Assembly (NCBI GenBank): GCA_028534125.1
Contig: CM052817.1
Coordinates: forward strand, 64,730,001-64,794,000
From: Lama glama
Lineage: Eukaryota
Direction of reading: 5' to 3'
Length of the DNA: 64,000 nt
Shown here: positions 52,979 through 64,000 of the stretch, piece after piece
Layout of the letters: the number at the start of each line of letters is the position of its first letter
Numbering within the stretch: the stretch's first letter is position 1
Notes under the pieces: model-generated
What the model was told of the DNA's origin: nothing
Seen by the model: the letters and a program-made list of their open reading frames with translations, nothing else
Database searches by the model: none
Position numbers and translations under genes: made by a program

Positions 52979-54190
52979 AATTTGACTGAATGCAATTGGG
53001 TGTGACCAGGTGTGTTATTCATGTATCTAATCATCTGTCTCTGCAGAAGCCAGGAATAGAAATGAGGCTATCCAAGAATGATCTGTGGAAAATCCTCTTG
53101 TGTCTGGTGTGGATCCCCTTGGCAAACACAGAAGACACTCATGGTTTTCGAGAACATAATATCAGAAGAAACACCACTAGCTTGGACTGAAAAGGCCAGG
53201 AACAGAATGAAATGAAGGAAGGCTGTCAAACTTCTGGGATTCTGGAGATGGAGAAAAGGCTGATAGAACTTCCAGCTGCAAACATGTGCTACCTTTTAAG
53301 ACAAAGGAAAAATGACTCCGAGGGTAGAGCTGTGGTTGCAGAAGCCAGAGAGATGGGCCCAGAGGGTGGAACCTCCCTTGACACAGAGGGTGGAGAAAAT
53401 TATTCTCAGGCTTTGAAACCTAATGGAACTTGCCTTGCTGAGTTGAGAACTTTCTTTCAACCAGATATTCCTTTATTTCCTCCATTTTCTCCTTTTAGGA
53501 ATGGAAATGTCTCTGCTTCACCAGTTCCACCATGGTACTTTGGAAGCAGATCACTCATTTTCTAGTTTCACAGGTCCACAGATGGAGAGGAATTTTGCCC
53601 CAGGATGAATCAGATCTAGAGTCTGACTCATACCCAATATAGATGATAAAATGTGGAACTTTTTGAGTTGAAGGTATTTAGATGAGATTTAAGATTTAGA
53701 ATTAATGAAGGAATAGGTTAAGACTTTTGGGGATATTGGGACAGGGTAACTGCATTTGCACATGGCACAGGGGATTAATGTGGATTTGGGGAGGCCAGAG
53801 GAAGAGCCATACTGGGTTGAACAGTGTCCTGCCTAAATTCATGTCCACCTGGCATCTCAGAATGTGGTCTTATTTGGAAATAGGACATTTGCAGATGTAA
53901 TTAGTTATGTTAAGGTAAAATGAGGTTGATGGGGATGTAATATACAGCATAAAGAATATAGTCAATAATACTGCAATTTTGTATGGTGGCAGGTAATTAT
54001 TAGGCTCACTATGTTTAAATGTTCAATCACTACGTTGCACGCCTGAAACTAACATACATCAGCTGTACTTCAGTTAAAAAAGAGATAATATGAGATCACA
54101 CTGGATTAGTGTGGGCCCTAAATCTACTATAACTGGTGTTCTTCTGAGAAGCGGAGACACACATACAGGAAAGAAGACTACGCGATGAGT
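52700..54190 (+). mobile_element. MaLR (MLT1-type) internal remnant plus LTR, with a small L1 3' insert at ~53930-54080
   Basis: tggagaaaattattctcaggctttgaaacctaatgga internal motif; LTR-like tcagaatgtggtcttatttggaaatagg. Confidence 0.65.
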
Positions 54191-57100
54191 CACATTTGTG
54201 TAGTGAATGTTTTGCACAGTGCCTGGAAAATAGTAAGAGCTTTATATATATGAATTGAATAATTACTGGTGTCTAGAAAGAAAATTTTAAAAGCAGAAAG
54301 CAATAATACACAAAAAAAGAGGGAAGTAGAATTGAACCATAATAAGATACTCAGGTAAAGTTAAATTTCAGGCTAGTAGTATAATTTTTTTCTTCCAAAG
54401 ACATTAATTCCTAGTAGTTCCTAATGCGGTCCTGGACATGGTTATCTAATCACAACTGTGGGTCAGTGCATGAAGTTCAAGTCACCAATAGGTGGTTGAT
54501 AAAAAGATGTTTTATGTGTTTATACAATTCCTGTAGCGCCCTGCTCTGTTGCTTGCTTCAGCCAAACCAATCCGTGCTGATTATTCTGTGTCTTCCTGTT
54601 TCCCTTCTCTTTCTCTCCCATCTGTAGGGCAGAGTTTCTCCTTCACTCTTTGTATGTTTGTTCCACACTTTTTTTCCTCTGTCTCTGCACGTAACTAATG
54701 AGGATTTTTGTTTGTATAATTCATTTGAAACTTAGCATGCACACCCATTTTTTTGTCAGTTTTATGTGGGGAGATTGCTCTCTAGGCTGGATTTGAGTTG
54801 AGAAATGCAGAAGTCAAAACTGCAGAGTAAAACTTTACTTTTTCCTCTTCCCCTTTTCTTCCTCCTCTTCCTCTTTTATGTGGGAGAAATGGGTTTGAAT
54901 CTCTACCCAAGGCAGTTTAATGGTAGTTATTTTTAGGGATTAAATTTGCTTAGGTATTTTTAGTCTTGAACTTCAGTGCTGAGTTACACTGATTGATATT
55001 CATTCATGCCAATCTCTGTTTCATTATTGTAAAGCCACCAGTCAAAACATTTCTACAGAGAGATTGACACATGTTCCAGCACTTTCCTCCTTTTCATAGC
55101 AGAGAAGTCAGACACCAATCAGTCACAGCAAGGATACTCATCATCTCTGGCATTTCTGCTCCACTCAGTACCAGTCAGCACTGACTGAGCACCAACTCAT
55201 TCCAGGCACTTATATGGGTTCAGTGGGGTGACAATGATGGTTAAGACACAGCCTCTACTTGTTTCAGAAGGCAGTATGAGGCAGAGGTTGTGACGTGGCC
55301 TTAAATTAGGACTGACACTATTCTTACTAGCTGTGTAAACTTGGAATTGTTAACCGTTCTTGGCTTTAGTTTTTTTTTTTTTAAATCTGTAAAATAAGGA
55401 CAAATTGTAGTATCACCTGAAAAGACTGTTAGATGAAAAATGAGATAATTCTTTTAAAGCACTTACCAGGGAACCTGACAGACAGGACCTCAATGAATAT
55501 TAGCTATAATGATTACTCATAAAAGCAAGCCCACCAGCTATGGAAGAAAAGACACACAGACTACCAAGTCTCCTATACGTCAGCCTGTCTGTGAAGTGCT
55601 GTAACACAGCTAGACGTTAATGCTTGGGAGCAGAGAAGGGGGTGCCATTCTGAGGGAAGGGCTCAGGAAGCTTTGTAGATGAGCAGGCATTTGAGGGAGG
55701 TTTTAAATAATCTTGGAGAAAAGAGAATTGTCACTGGGTCATTTCTATTGTTTTTTGTTCAGTGTAACCATTCTGTGTATGATTTCTAGAGAAGAGCGGG
55801 TTGATTTTTCTTTTATCTACATTTGGAGTCCTCATACAATCCATTGCACAGTCAGCTATTTAATTAGATGTAGTCTGTCAACATGGATAAATTAACATAA
55901 AGAGTATATTGCTTTAGAATTGCCCAGGGAACAATTTCATGACTAGTTCACAGCTGTGTCAATAAGTTTTAATTATGTAGTCGCTGAGAAAATACAAGGG
56001 CTGAGAAATGTTCACTCACCTGAGAGACAAGGGCTGTTCTACAATTTCAAGTTGTTTTCAGTTTGGAAGGGAGTGAAGGAAAGAAGAAAGTCCCAAATCT
56101 TATGTCTGGCATTCAAGGCGCTTCATAATCTGACTCAATATTCTCATCCATCTTACCCCTTTCTACTCTCCAATACAGGGCCTGTGTTCTTTCAAAGCTG
56201 GTGTCTACATTGTCCCCAAAACAGAAATCCACTCCTCATTGAGCCCTTACCCATCATGGCAACCTTCTTCTCTTTTCTGCCCTCTTGGCCATTCATATCC
56301 TACCCATACCTTGAGACCCAGGTCAAAGTGGCCCCTATGAAGATATGTTTGCTCCATCTCACAGTCACCCTTTCAGCACTAGCATTGCTCCTATGGCTTT
56401 TGGGACCCATTTTCTTCTGTTGCTCTTTATATTTTGTGTAGAGATCAATCTCTCACATTCTGCTGGAAATTTCTGGGCAGGGGCCTTCTTAAATTTCATT
56501 TATGTTCTTGATGGCATTTAGTACAGTGTATGCAATAGGTGTTTAACAGATAGTTGTTGAACTGTGCTCACTTACCTTAGGGCAGGCATATGCTAACCAT
56601 GAGGAACCTGGTAATGAATACGACCCAGTGCCTCCTTTTCAAGGGGTTTCCTATTAGCAGTGGGGTCATCATTCATCAATTCAACAAGACACAGAAACCC
56701 TCATATGAAGTAAGAAGTGGTCAGTGCCAGCAGAGTTCCAAAGTGGAATTCAAAAGAGGACAAGTCTACCCTGTCTTTTCACATGTGTATTCTCATCACT
56801 TAATCAAGTTCTTGGCACATAGTGAGTGTTCAGATATTTGTTGACTAAATTGAAAGAGTGACTTTTACTTCAGAGGGCAAGAAAGACTTGAAAGAAAGAT
56901 ATTTGATTAAGATTTATCTAGGAAGACAAGTCAGAATTGAGAGGTATACATGAAATCATGTAAATGTGACAATGAGTGTGTATATGTCCATGAATGACTG
57001 AAAAATTGTGCTGAACACTGGAATTTGATACAACATTGTAAAATGATTATAAATCAATAAAAAATGTTAAAAAAAAAGAAATCAACAGCATGGACAAAGA

Positions 57101-59777
57101 ACCTGAGCAAACCCTTTTCTCTTAATATCCTCTTTTACACATTTTCCTATTCACTCATCTCTCATAGCTGGAGGCCTAGGGTTTGAGGGAATTATAGCTG
57201 TTACCACCTTGTTTTCAAGGCCTAGATGAATTTGGAGCCTTAACACCCAATCATCGCCTTCCATTACTCCATGATTGCATGGCTCCACGAACTACCAAAA
57301 ACACATTGGGACAAACTCCATAGAGTCAGGACATCTTTGATGCCATCTGGCAAATGCTCTGCTCTCATCCCTTGCCTTGCCTTCTAGAAATTTAGATAGG
57401 CAGGTGGAACGAGGAGAGGAACATGATTGGATATCAGCTTTCCAGTATCAGTAGGGCCAGACAGACCTGGAACAGCAACTGGAAAGTCCAGAGGTAATCC
57501 TTCAATCTCTAAAGGGTCACAGGATGTCACTCCCCTCTGCTTTTCTCGTTCTGTCTCTTTCATTCTCTTTCTCTCTGTAACCCAGCACAACTCTATGTAA
57601 CATTCCAAACCAAGCACGGTCTTCTAAATTCATATTTTCCAGAGAGAGGATATGTTGGGTTCAGCTTGGGTCAGGGTTGGTCCCTGAGGTAGGCAGAATA
57701 ATGGCCCCCAAATATGTCCACACTCCTAATTCACAGAAGTCACAAATATGTTGCCTTACATGGCAAAAGGGATTTTGCAGATGTGAGTAAAGACCTTGAA
57801 ACGAGGAGATTATCTAGGTGGACCCAATATAATGACATGGATTTTTAAAACAGCAGAACCTTTCCAGGCTGTGGTCAGAGAGGGTGATGTGACTACTCAT
57901 AGCCCTTAGATGGCCATGTTTCAACAGGAGGTGTAATTAGTTTTCTATTGCTCTTGTAACAAATTACCACAAACTCTCTTGGAAGATTAACAGGAAGGCA
58001 AGAACTAGCATTTCTAATACAGTCATACAGTTAACAATGAACAGTGTTGGGATTTGGCTCCAAAGCCTATGAAGGAAAAACCAGCAACTCTGCAAAAGAC
58101 CCAACTGTCTCCTTTTCCCCTGGAGGCCTCATAGTTTACAAGAACCTTAGAAAGGATAATGTAACTGGCAGAAATTACTCTCAGTACAAATCATTCATTT
58201 TAGGGTAAAATGATGAGATTAATATTATTTTAAAAATCTAGAAAAAAACGTAACAATTTTCATATGTGCATACGTAGTCTGAAAACTTTAAAGCACGTTG
58301 AGGGATGGAGATACACAATGAAGAGTTGGGGAGGGAACTTGGTAGCAGCAAGTAGAACTCTGGACCAAGACTTTACTAGAGCAATTTTGAAAAACACCCA
58401 CATTCAAAACCATTAAAAACTATTCAATTAGCATTTCATTTTGATTTTAATACTGAAGTCAAAGATGCCAATGTTGCTGTGGCTGTGAAGCTGGGATCCT
58501 TGCCACCCAGAGCATTGCGAGCAAATCTTGTTTGCGTTATCTCCTGAGGCCCTTGGGAAATAATCTAAGAGAAGCCAAAATCCCAAACCACAAAGACATA
58601 CACTTATGAGAGCCAAACTACAAAAAGTCTGAATGTCTCACAAATGTTTTAGAGACTTATTGCAAATCATTCTGATGATGTGCATGGCAGATGCCAAATA
58701 TAATTACTGAGTGATGCAGAAACACCAAATGTTTGTAATACTTCAAAATAACACAGAGTAATACAAATGCCATGGTTGGAACAATATAAAAATAGTGGCA
58801 ATTTTTCTTCTCAAAATTTTAAAATATTGTTGTTTGCCATGAAAAACAAATTATTACTATCAATATCTAATATTCATGGAGTGCTTAATTTGTTAGGTAC
58901 TTTGCATACATTGTCTCAACTAATTCAGTCCCTAAAACTAACGTATGATGTCGGTGTCATTGTTACGCACATTTTACAGATGAGGACACCAAGGTTAAGG
59001 AGTTATGTAAATTTCTCAAGGTAAAACAACTAGTGGCAGAGCCAGTGTTCCAGGAGGCCTAACTTTAGAGTGTGATAACCAACATCATCACCATCATCAT
59101 CATCATCATATCTTTGTCACTCTCCCTATGTTCCAGGTACTGTTCTAGATGCTTTACATTTATCAACTCATTTAATCCTCACAATAACTCTGTGGTAAAT
59201 TCACTGTTCTCCTCATTTTAGAGCTGCATGTGTTTCATCAATGTCTTTGTCATCATTAAACCCACTTTTTGAGTTTTGTAGCACAATTTTCCAGGACATG
59301 TCAACTTTATTTCCATCTAAATTGCTTGAGATGCATGATCTCAAACAGGAGCTGATACAGTGCTGGAAATTGTATTCCCAGATGTATTTCCTACTGGAGT
59401 CTTGAGCTTGCTCCAGCATGGGCTGGGGGTGCTCTGCCTCTGGGCACACCCACCATCCTAAGGCTTCTCTCCTGAGGAATCCCTGCGCTGTCTCCCGGGT
59501 GAGAGTATCAGCTTCCTAGATCCTGTGTTTTTCTCCTCAATTACTGTACTGCTTTCAGGGAACTTCATCAGGTAGCATCCTGAGAAAAAGTGTACTGGGA
59601 GATAAATATCTTGTAATCTTTTATGTTTGTGTTGTATTCCCATCCTGCTATGATAACATTTAATTCTCAAGAGTTCTTTTTTTTTCATTACAGCCTATTA
59701 TTATTTCCATGCATACAGTGTCTTCTGGTCCCTTTCAGGATATGGACAACAGCTTTTTGAAGATTTTTACTTCAAAT

Positions 59778-60108
59778 AATACAGACTTGTGGTTACCGGG
59801 GTNNNNNNNNNNNNNNNNNNNNNNNNNNNNNNNNNNNNNNNNNNNNNNNNNNNNNNNNNNNNNNNNNNNNNNNNNNNNNNNNNNNNNNNNNNNNNNNNNN
59901 NNGTAGAACAGATAAACAAGATTACACTGTATAGCACAGGGAAATATACACAAAATGTTATGATAAATCACAGAGAAAAAAATGTGACAATGAGTGTGTA
60001 TATGTCCATGTATGACTGAAAAATTGTACTGAACACTGGAATTTGACACAACACTGTAAAATGATTATGAATCAATAAAAATGTAAAAAAAAAAACAAAA
60101 ACAAAAAA
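59778..60108 (+). mobile_element. Young LINE-1 3' end spanning a 100-N gap
   Basis: Nearly identical to 18810-19066. Confidence 0.8.
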
Positions 60109-60914
60109 CATTTTTTTTTCTTTTCATGAGTTATTTTCTTCCAACTTCCTCTTCTTTGTTTGCTTTGTTCTCTCTCATATTAGAAAGCTAGAATCACATC
60201 AGCCTTCTGATGGTTCTTTGTTGCCTGCTTCTGTTGAAGAATGAGACACCAGCAAGCTGTTGGGATGCTCTAAACACATGGGTGGCTTTTGTTGACTGTG
60301 GGATTTGCTATAGAATTATCTGGTGGGCTTTATCGTTAGGGAATATGCAAAGTCAGTGTGTGTGGGTCTTTCCTCTTTGGGATGGTCAGATTTTTCAGAG
60401 AAGGATTTCCCAATTGTCTGTGTGGAAGGTACATATTCAGCTGCCACCATTCTGGAATCTAAGAGGGCAACTGAAGATCCAAATGGAAGCCCCTTGGAGA
60501 AAAAGGCAGAATCCAGGATTATGCAGGTAACTCCAGACAGTTTGTTTACATTACTTTCCTATGACTATAAGCCAAAAACCTACTAGATCGTATAATCTCA
60601 TGTTCAGAAGCTCTAAATGGTTTCTTTTAAGGCCTGTGAAAGGTTTCTGATATCAAGCCTTATATATCAGCCTTAGATAATCCCAGGTTCCTAAATGATC
60701 CAGTAAGAAAAACATGTCTATTACTCCAAGAGTAATATGCAAAATAGACAGTTTTTAAATCTTCTAAAGATTTTAGAAACATCTCAGTAGTTTATATTAT
60801 CTTGACAATTATTTTGCTAGAGGATTTTTCTTAAATGAAAACAAAAATTACAGTAGCTACAAGTTATTTCACAATTACATTTGTATGTTGGCAACTGAAA
60901 TCTTCATTTGTTAT

Positions 60915-61620
60915 TTTTTTAAGGAAGTGTGATTGATTTACAATGTTGTGTTAGTTTTTAGTGTACAGCATAGTGATTCAGTCATACATATACATGTATA
61001 CGTAGTTTTTATATTCTTTCTCATTATAGATTATTATGAGATATTGAATATAGTTCCCTGTGCTATACAGAAGAAACTTGTAGTTTATCTGTTTCATATA
61101 TAGTAGTTTGTATCTGCTAATCCCAATCTCCTGATTTATCCTTCCCTCCACCATTTCCCCTTTGGTAACCATAAGTTGGTTTTCTATGTCTGTGAGTCTC
61201 TCTCTGTTTTGTAAATAAGTTCATTTATGTCATTTGTTTAGATTCCACATATAAGTGATATCATATGGTATTTGTCTTTCTCTGTCTGACTGACTTCATT
61301 TAGTATGATAATCTCTAGGTTCATCCATGTTGGATGCAAATACCACTATTTCATTCATTTTTATGCAGAGTAGTATTCCATTGTGTGTGTGTGTGTGTGT
61401 GTATACACTACATCTTTATCCAATCAACTGTCAGTTGACATTTAGGTTGCTTCCATGTCTTGGCTATTGTAACTACTGCTGGTATGAATATTGGGGTGCA
61501 TGTGTCTTTTCAAATTAAGAGTTTTCTCCAGGTATATGCCCAGGAGTGGGATTGCTGAATCATATGGTAACTCTATTTGTAGTTTTTTAAGGAGTCTCCA
61601 TACTGTTTTCCATAGTGGCC
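60915..61620 (-). mobile_element. LINE-1 3' fragment
   Basis: LWKTVWRLLKKLQIELPYDSAIPLLGIY (ORF2 C-terminus) plus 3' UTR. Confidence 0.85.
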
Positions 61621-62953
61621 TCACTGGCAGCTGAAATCTTTATTTCATTTCTTTAGAGTTTCTTTATAGGCAGTAAAGTCATGAGTCTCATTGTAACAAG
61701 TAAAACCAAACAATTGTAGTTAAAAAGTTAACATTTATTCTCTAACTCCCTTCAGTTTGAGTTTTCTGAGGGAAATAGCCTGTTTGTACATCTCCACACT
61801 TTTCTCCATGCTCATATAAACCTATGTATTAATAAATGGGAATATATTTTTGGTTTGTTTTTGTGTTTCACAAAAATTGGATCATACAATACACATTACT
61901 CTACTTTGTTTTTTTACATGTTATGATGCATCAAATTCATCCCTCTTAAAAGATGTGTTGTTCTTCTAAATATCCACTTAACATTTAAAATGAGGTTTAT
62001 CATTCTTATTCCGTCAAAGAGTTGAACGATTATTTACTTAATTTTTCTTCTGTAAACAAGGTTGTAGTAAATAACCTTGTCTTTACATCCTCACAGCCAG
62101 ATACTTTTATTTCTAGGAGCGGATTCCCAAGTGTAGTTCTCTTGGGGGAAATGAGAGGTATGCCTTTAAATGTTAGTAAGTGTTGCCATTGCTTTTCAGA
62201 AACCTATAACAATTCACATTTTTATCAGTAGTGTAAGCTAGCAGATAAATGGTGATATCTCTTTTTGTTTTATTGTGTGTTTTGCTGACCACTATCAAGG
62301 TTCAGCTCCATTTCATATGCTTGTTGCCCATTTGTATTTCCTCTGTTATGAATTTCCATTATTGCCCATTTTCCTAGAGCTATTTGTCCTTTTTTTTAAA
62401 ATAAAAATGCACTTGGATAGTAGAGATATACTTTGTCGACCATATGTGTGCAAATATTTTCCCTTGTACATTATTTTCTTTTAGACTGTCTTTATACCAA
62501 AATTTAAAAATGTCCCCCCATACTCAGAATTTGATTTTAAATACTTCCATGAAATTATTAAAGTCAATCTTCTACTTCACCTGAATCTCATGGGAAGACA
62601 GAGTCAAAGCAATATATTCTCACATACCATGTACATTTTTCCCTCTATCCTCTTTGCCCCATGCTTCTATTACTCATATAATCCTGTTTTCAACATTCAG
62701 AACTTGTATCTACGTCTGCTCCCTTTCTGTGGCAATACATGATTATAGACCTAGCCAATAACTAACTTCTGTGCTGGAATACAGAGTCACTTGTATTATT
62801 TAATCAATATGCCTCCTAGTAAAAGCTGATTTAGCCAATATTCTGAAAGTCTTGAAGAGGGGGATGGCAATTGAATTTCTGTCAATCATATGCTTGAATC
62901 ATTTATAAGAACTTGATATTGAGGATGTCTAGTTCTTAATCCTATTATCTTGT

Positions 62954-63497
62954 TGTGGTAGATAGAATTTTGAGATGAGTCCCACGAATACTGTCCCCTG
63001 GTGGACACACTTAGTATGATCCTTTACAGGAAAGTGTGGATGGAAACTGACTGTGATGGGCTAGTCACTTCCTTAGTTAGGGCACATATCTGGCAAATGG
63101 TGATGGGATAGTCACTTCCATGATTATGTTACATTATATAAGACCACAGGGGGATTGGATGTCAGGAGATTGGCAGCATGACAGGGCATATGGAAGGAGC
63201 TATGCTGAGACTGCTCCCAGCCTGCAGCCAGCAAGAGGAACGGAAGCCTTAGTCCTCCAACCATGAGGAACTAAATTTGGCCAACAACCCCGTGAACTTA
63301 GAAGAGGACCCCAACCTCCAGAAAGGAACATAGCTCGGCTGACACCTTGATTTCAACTTTGAGAGATCCTGAGCAGAGAAAACAATTTAGCCGTGCCTAA
63401 ACTTTGACTTAAAGAAACTGTGAGATGATAAATGCATGTGCTTTCAAGTTGCTAATTTTGTGGTAATTTGTTACACAGCAATAGAAAACTAATACAC
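62954..63497 (+). mobile_element. MaLR LTR (MLT1-type)
   Basis: tgtggtag start; ggtaatttgttacacagcaatagaaaactaataca end. Confidence 0.75.
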
Positions 63498-64000
63498 ATA
63501 TGAAGAAATGTTTCATGTAATTCTGAATCACCTACAACTGTATTTATTTTTTCAAGTATGTTTTCACACATTTAGGGTAAACGTTTCTGTGCAATTACAA
63601 GATATATTTAGAAAGGGATCACATTCAGTTAATAAGGACAGGCTCAGGGAGGAGAGGGGTTTGGGGAATTTTTTGAATTTTGAATAATGTGAGTGATGAA
63701 GGAGACAGGTGAGTCGAGATAGGAAAGTCACTTGGGGTATCATTTTGACTTGCAGGAAGACATAGAAGAAACTGAGAATAGAATATTACTTGCTAAATAT
63801 TTTTTAATGGAAAATTTAGTTAAAAATGGAAAAGATTATGATACAAGAATAGAAACAAGGTCTAACATAATTTAGAAAGTCCTATATGCTGACTAAATGT
63901 TAACATTATTTATTTCTACTTCTGATATTTACATAAAGGAGTTTTCAGTAGACTATTTAACCAATAATTTTTATAGTTTTGAAAGTAAAATATAGAGACC

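Noticed and set aside
55956..56441. 161-aa ORF
   Set aside because: No recognisable domain, non-ATG start, and it overlaps degenerate repeat-like sequence.
57000..64000. Expected 3' end of the neighbouring class I ADH gene
   Set aside because: No recognisable exon 8 or 9; the region is mostly LTR and L1 remnants.

Overview
AT-rich, repeat-dense mammalian DNA, probably camelid (Vic-1-like tRNA-derived SINE, one young lineage L1 family). It lies inside the medium-chain alcohol dehydrogenase (ADH) cluster. The minus strand carries one complete 9-exon ADH gene (CDS 49062->35839, 1125 nt, 374 aa, all GT-AG, all seven Zn ligands intact) that best resembles class VI ADH (rodent Adh6a type). Its substrate pocket is unusual (Ser47/Ser48/Pro93/Ser140/Trp294, Pro20 deleted). 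Downstream in the same orientation are two decayed unprocessed paralogues: one at ~24.5-31.6 kb (exons 4-6 clear, promoter and exons 1-3 tentative) and one at ~6.6-11.3 kb (exons 4, 5, 7, 8 clear, exon 6 deleted). Between them is a nested retro-stack at 17.7-23.6 kb: an old L1 hosts head-to-head BTG1 and PLAA retrocopies, and a young L1 with an apparent 3' transduction sits in the BTG1 3' UTR. Also present are an internally deleted, possibly spliced L1 (1.2-3.8 kb), a ~90-bp local duplication upstream of the ADH gene, and three assembly gaps, one of them a false duplication. All family and class assignments come from recognition by eye, not database searches.
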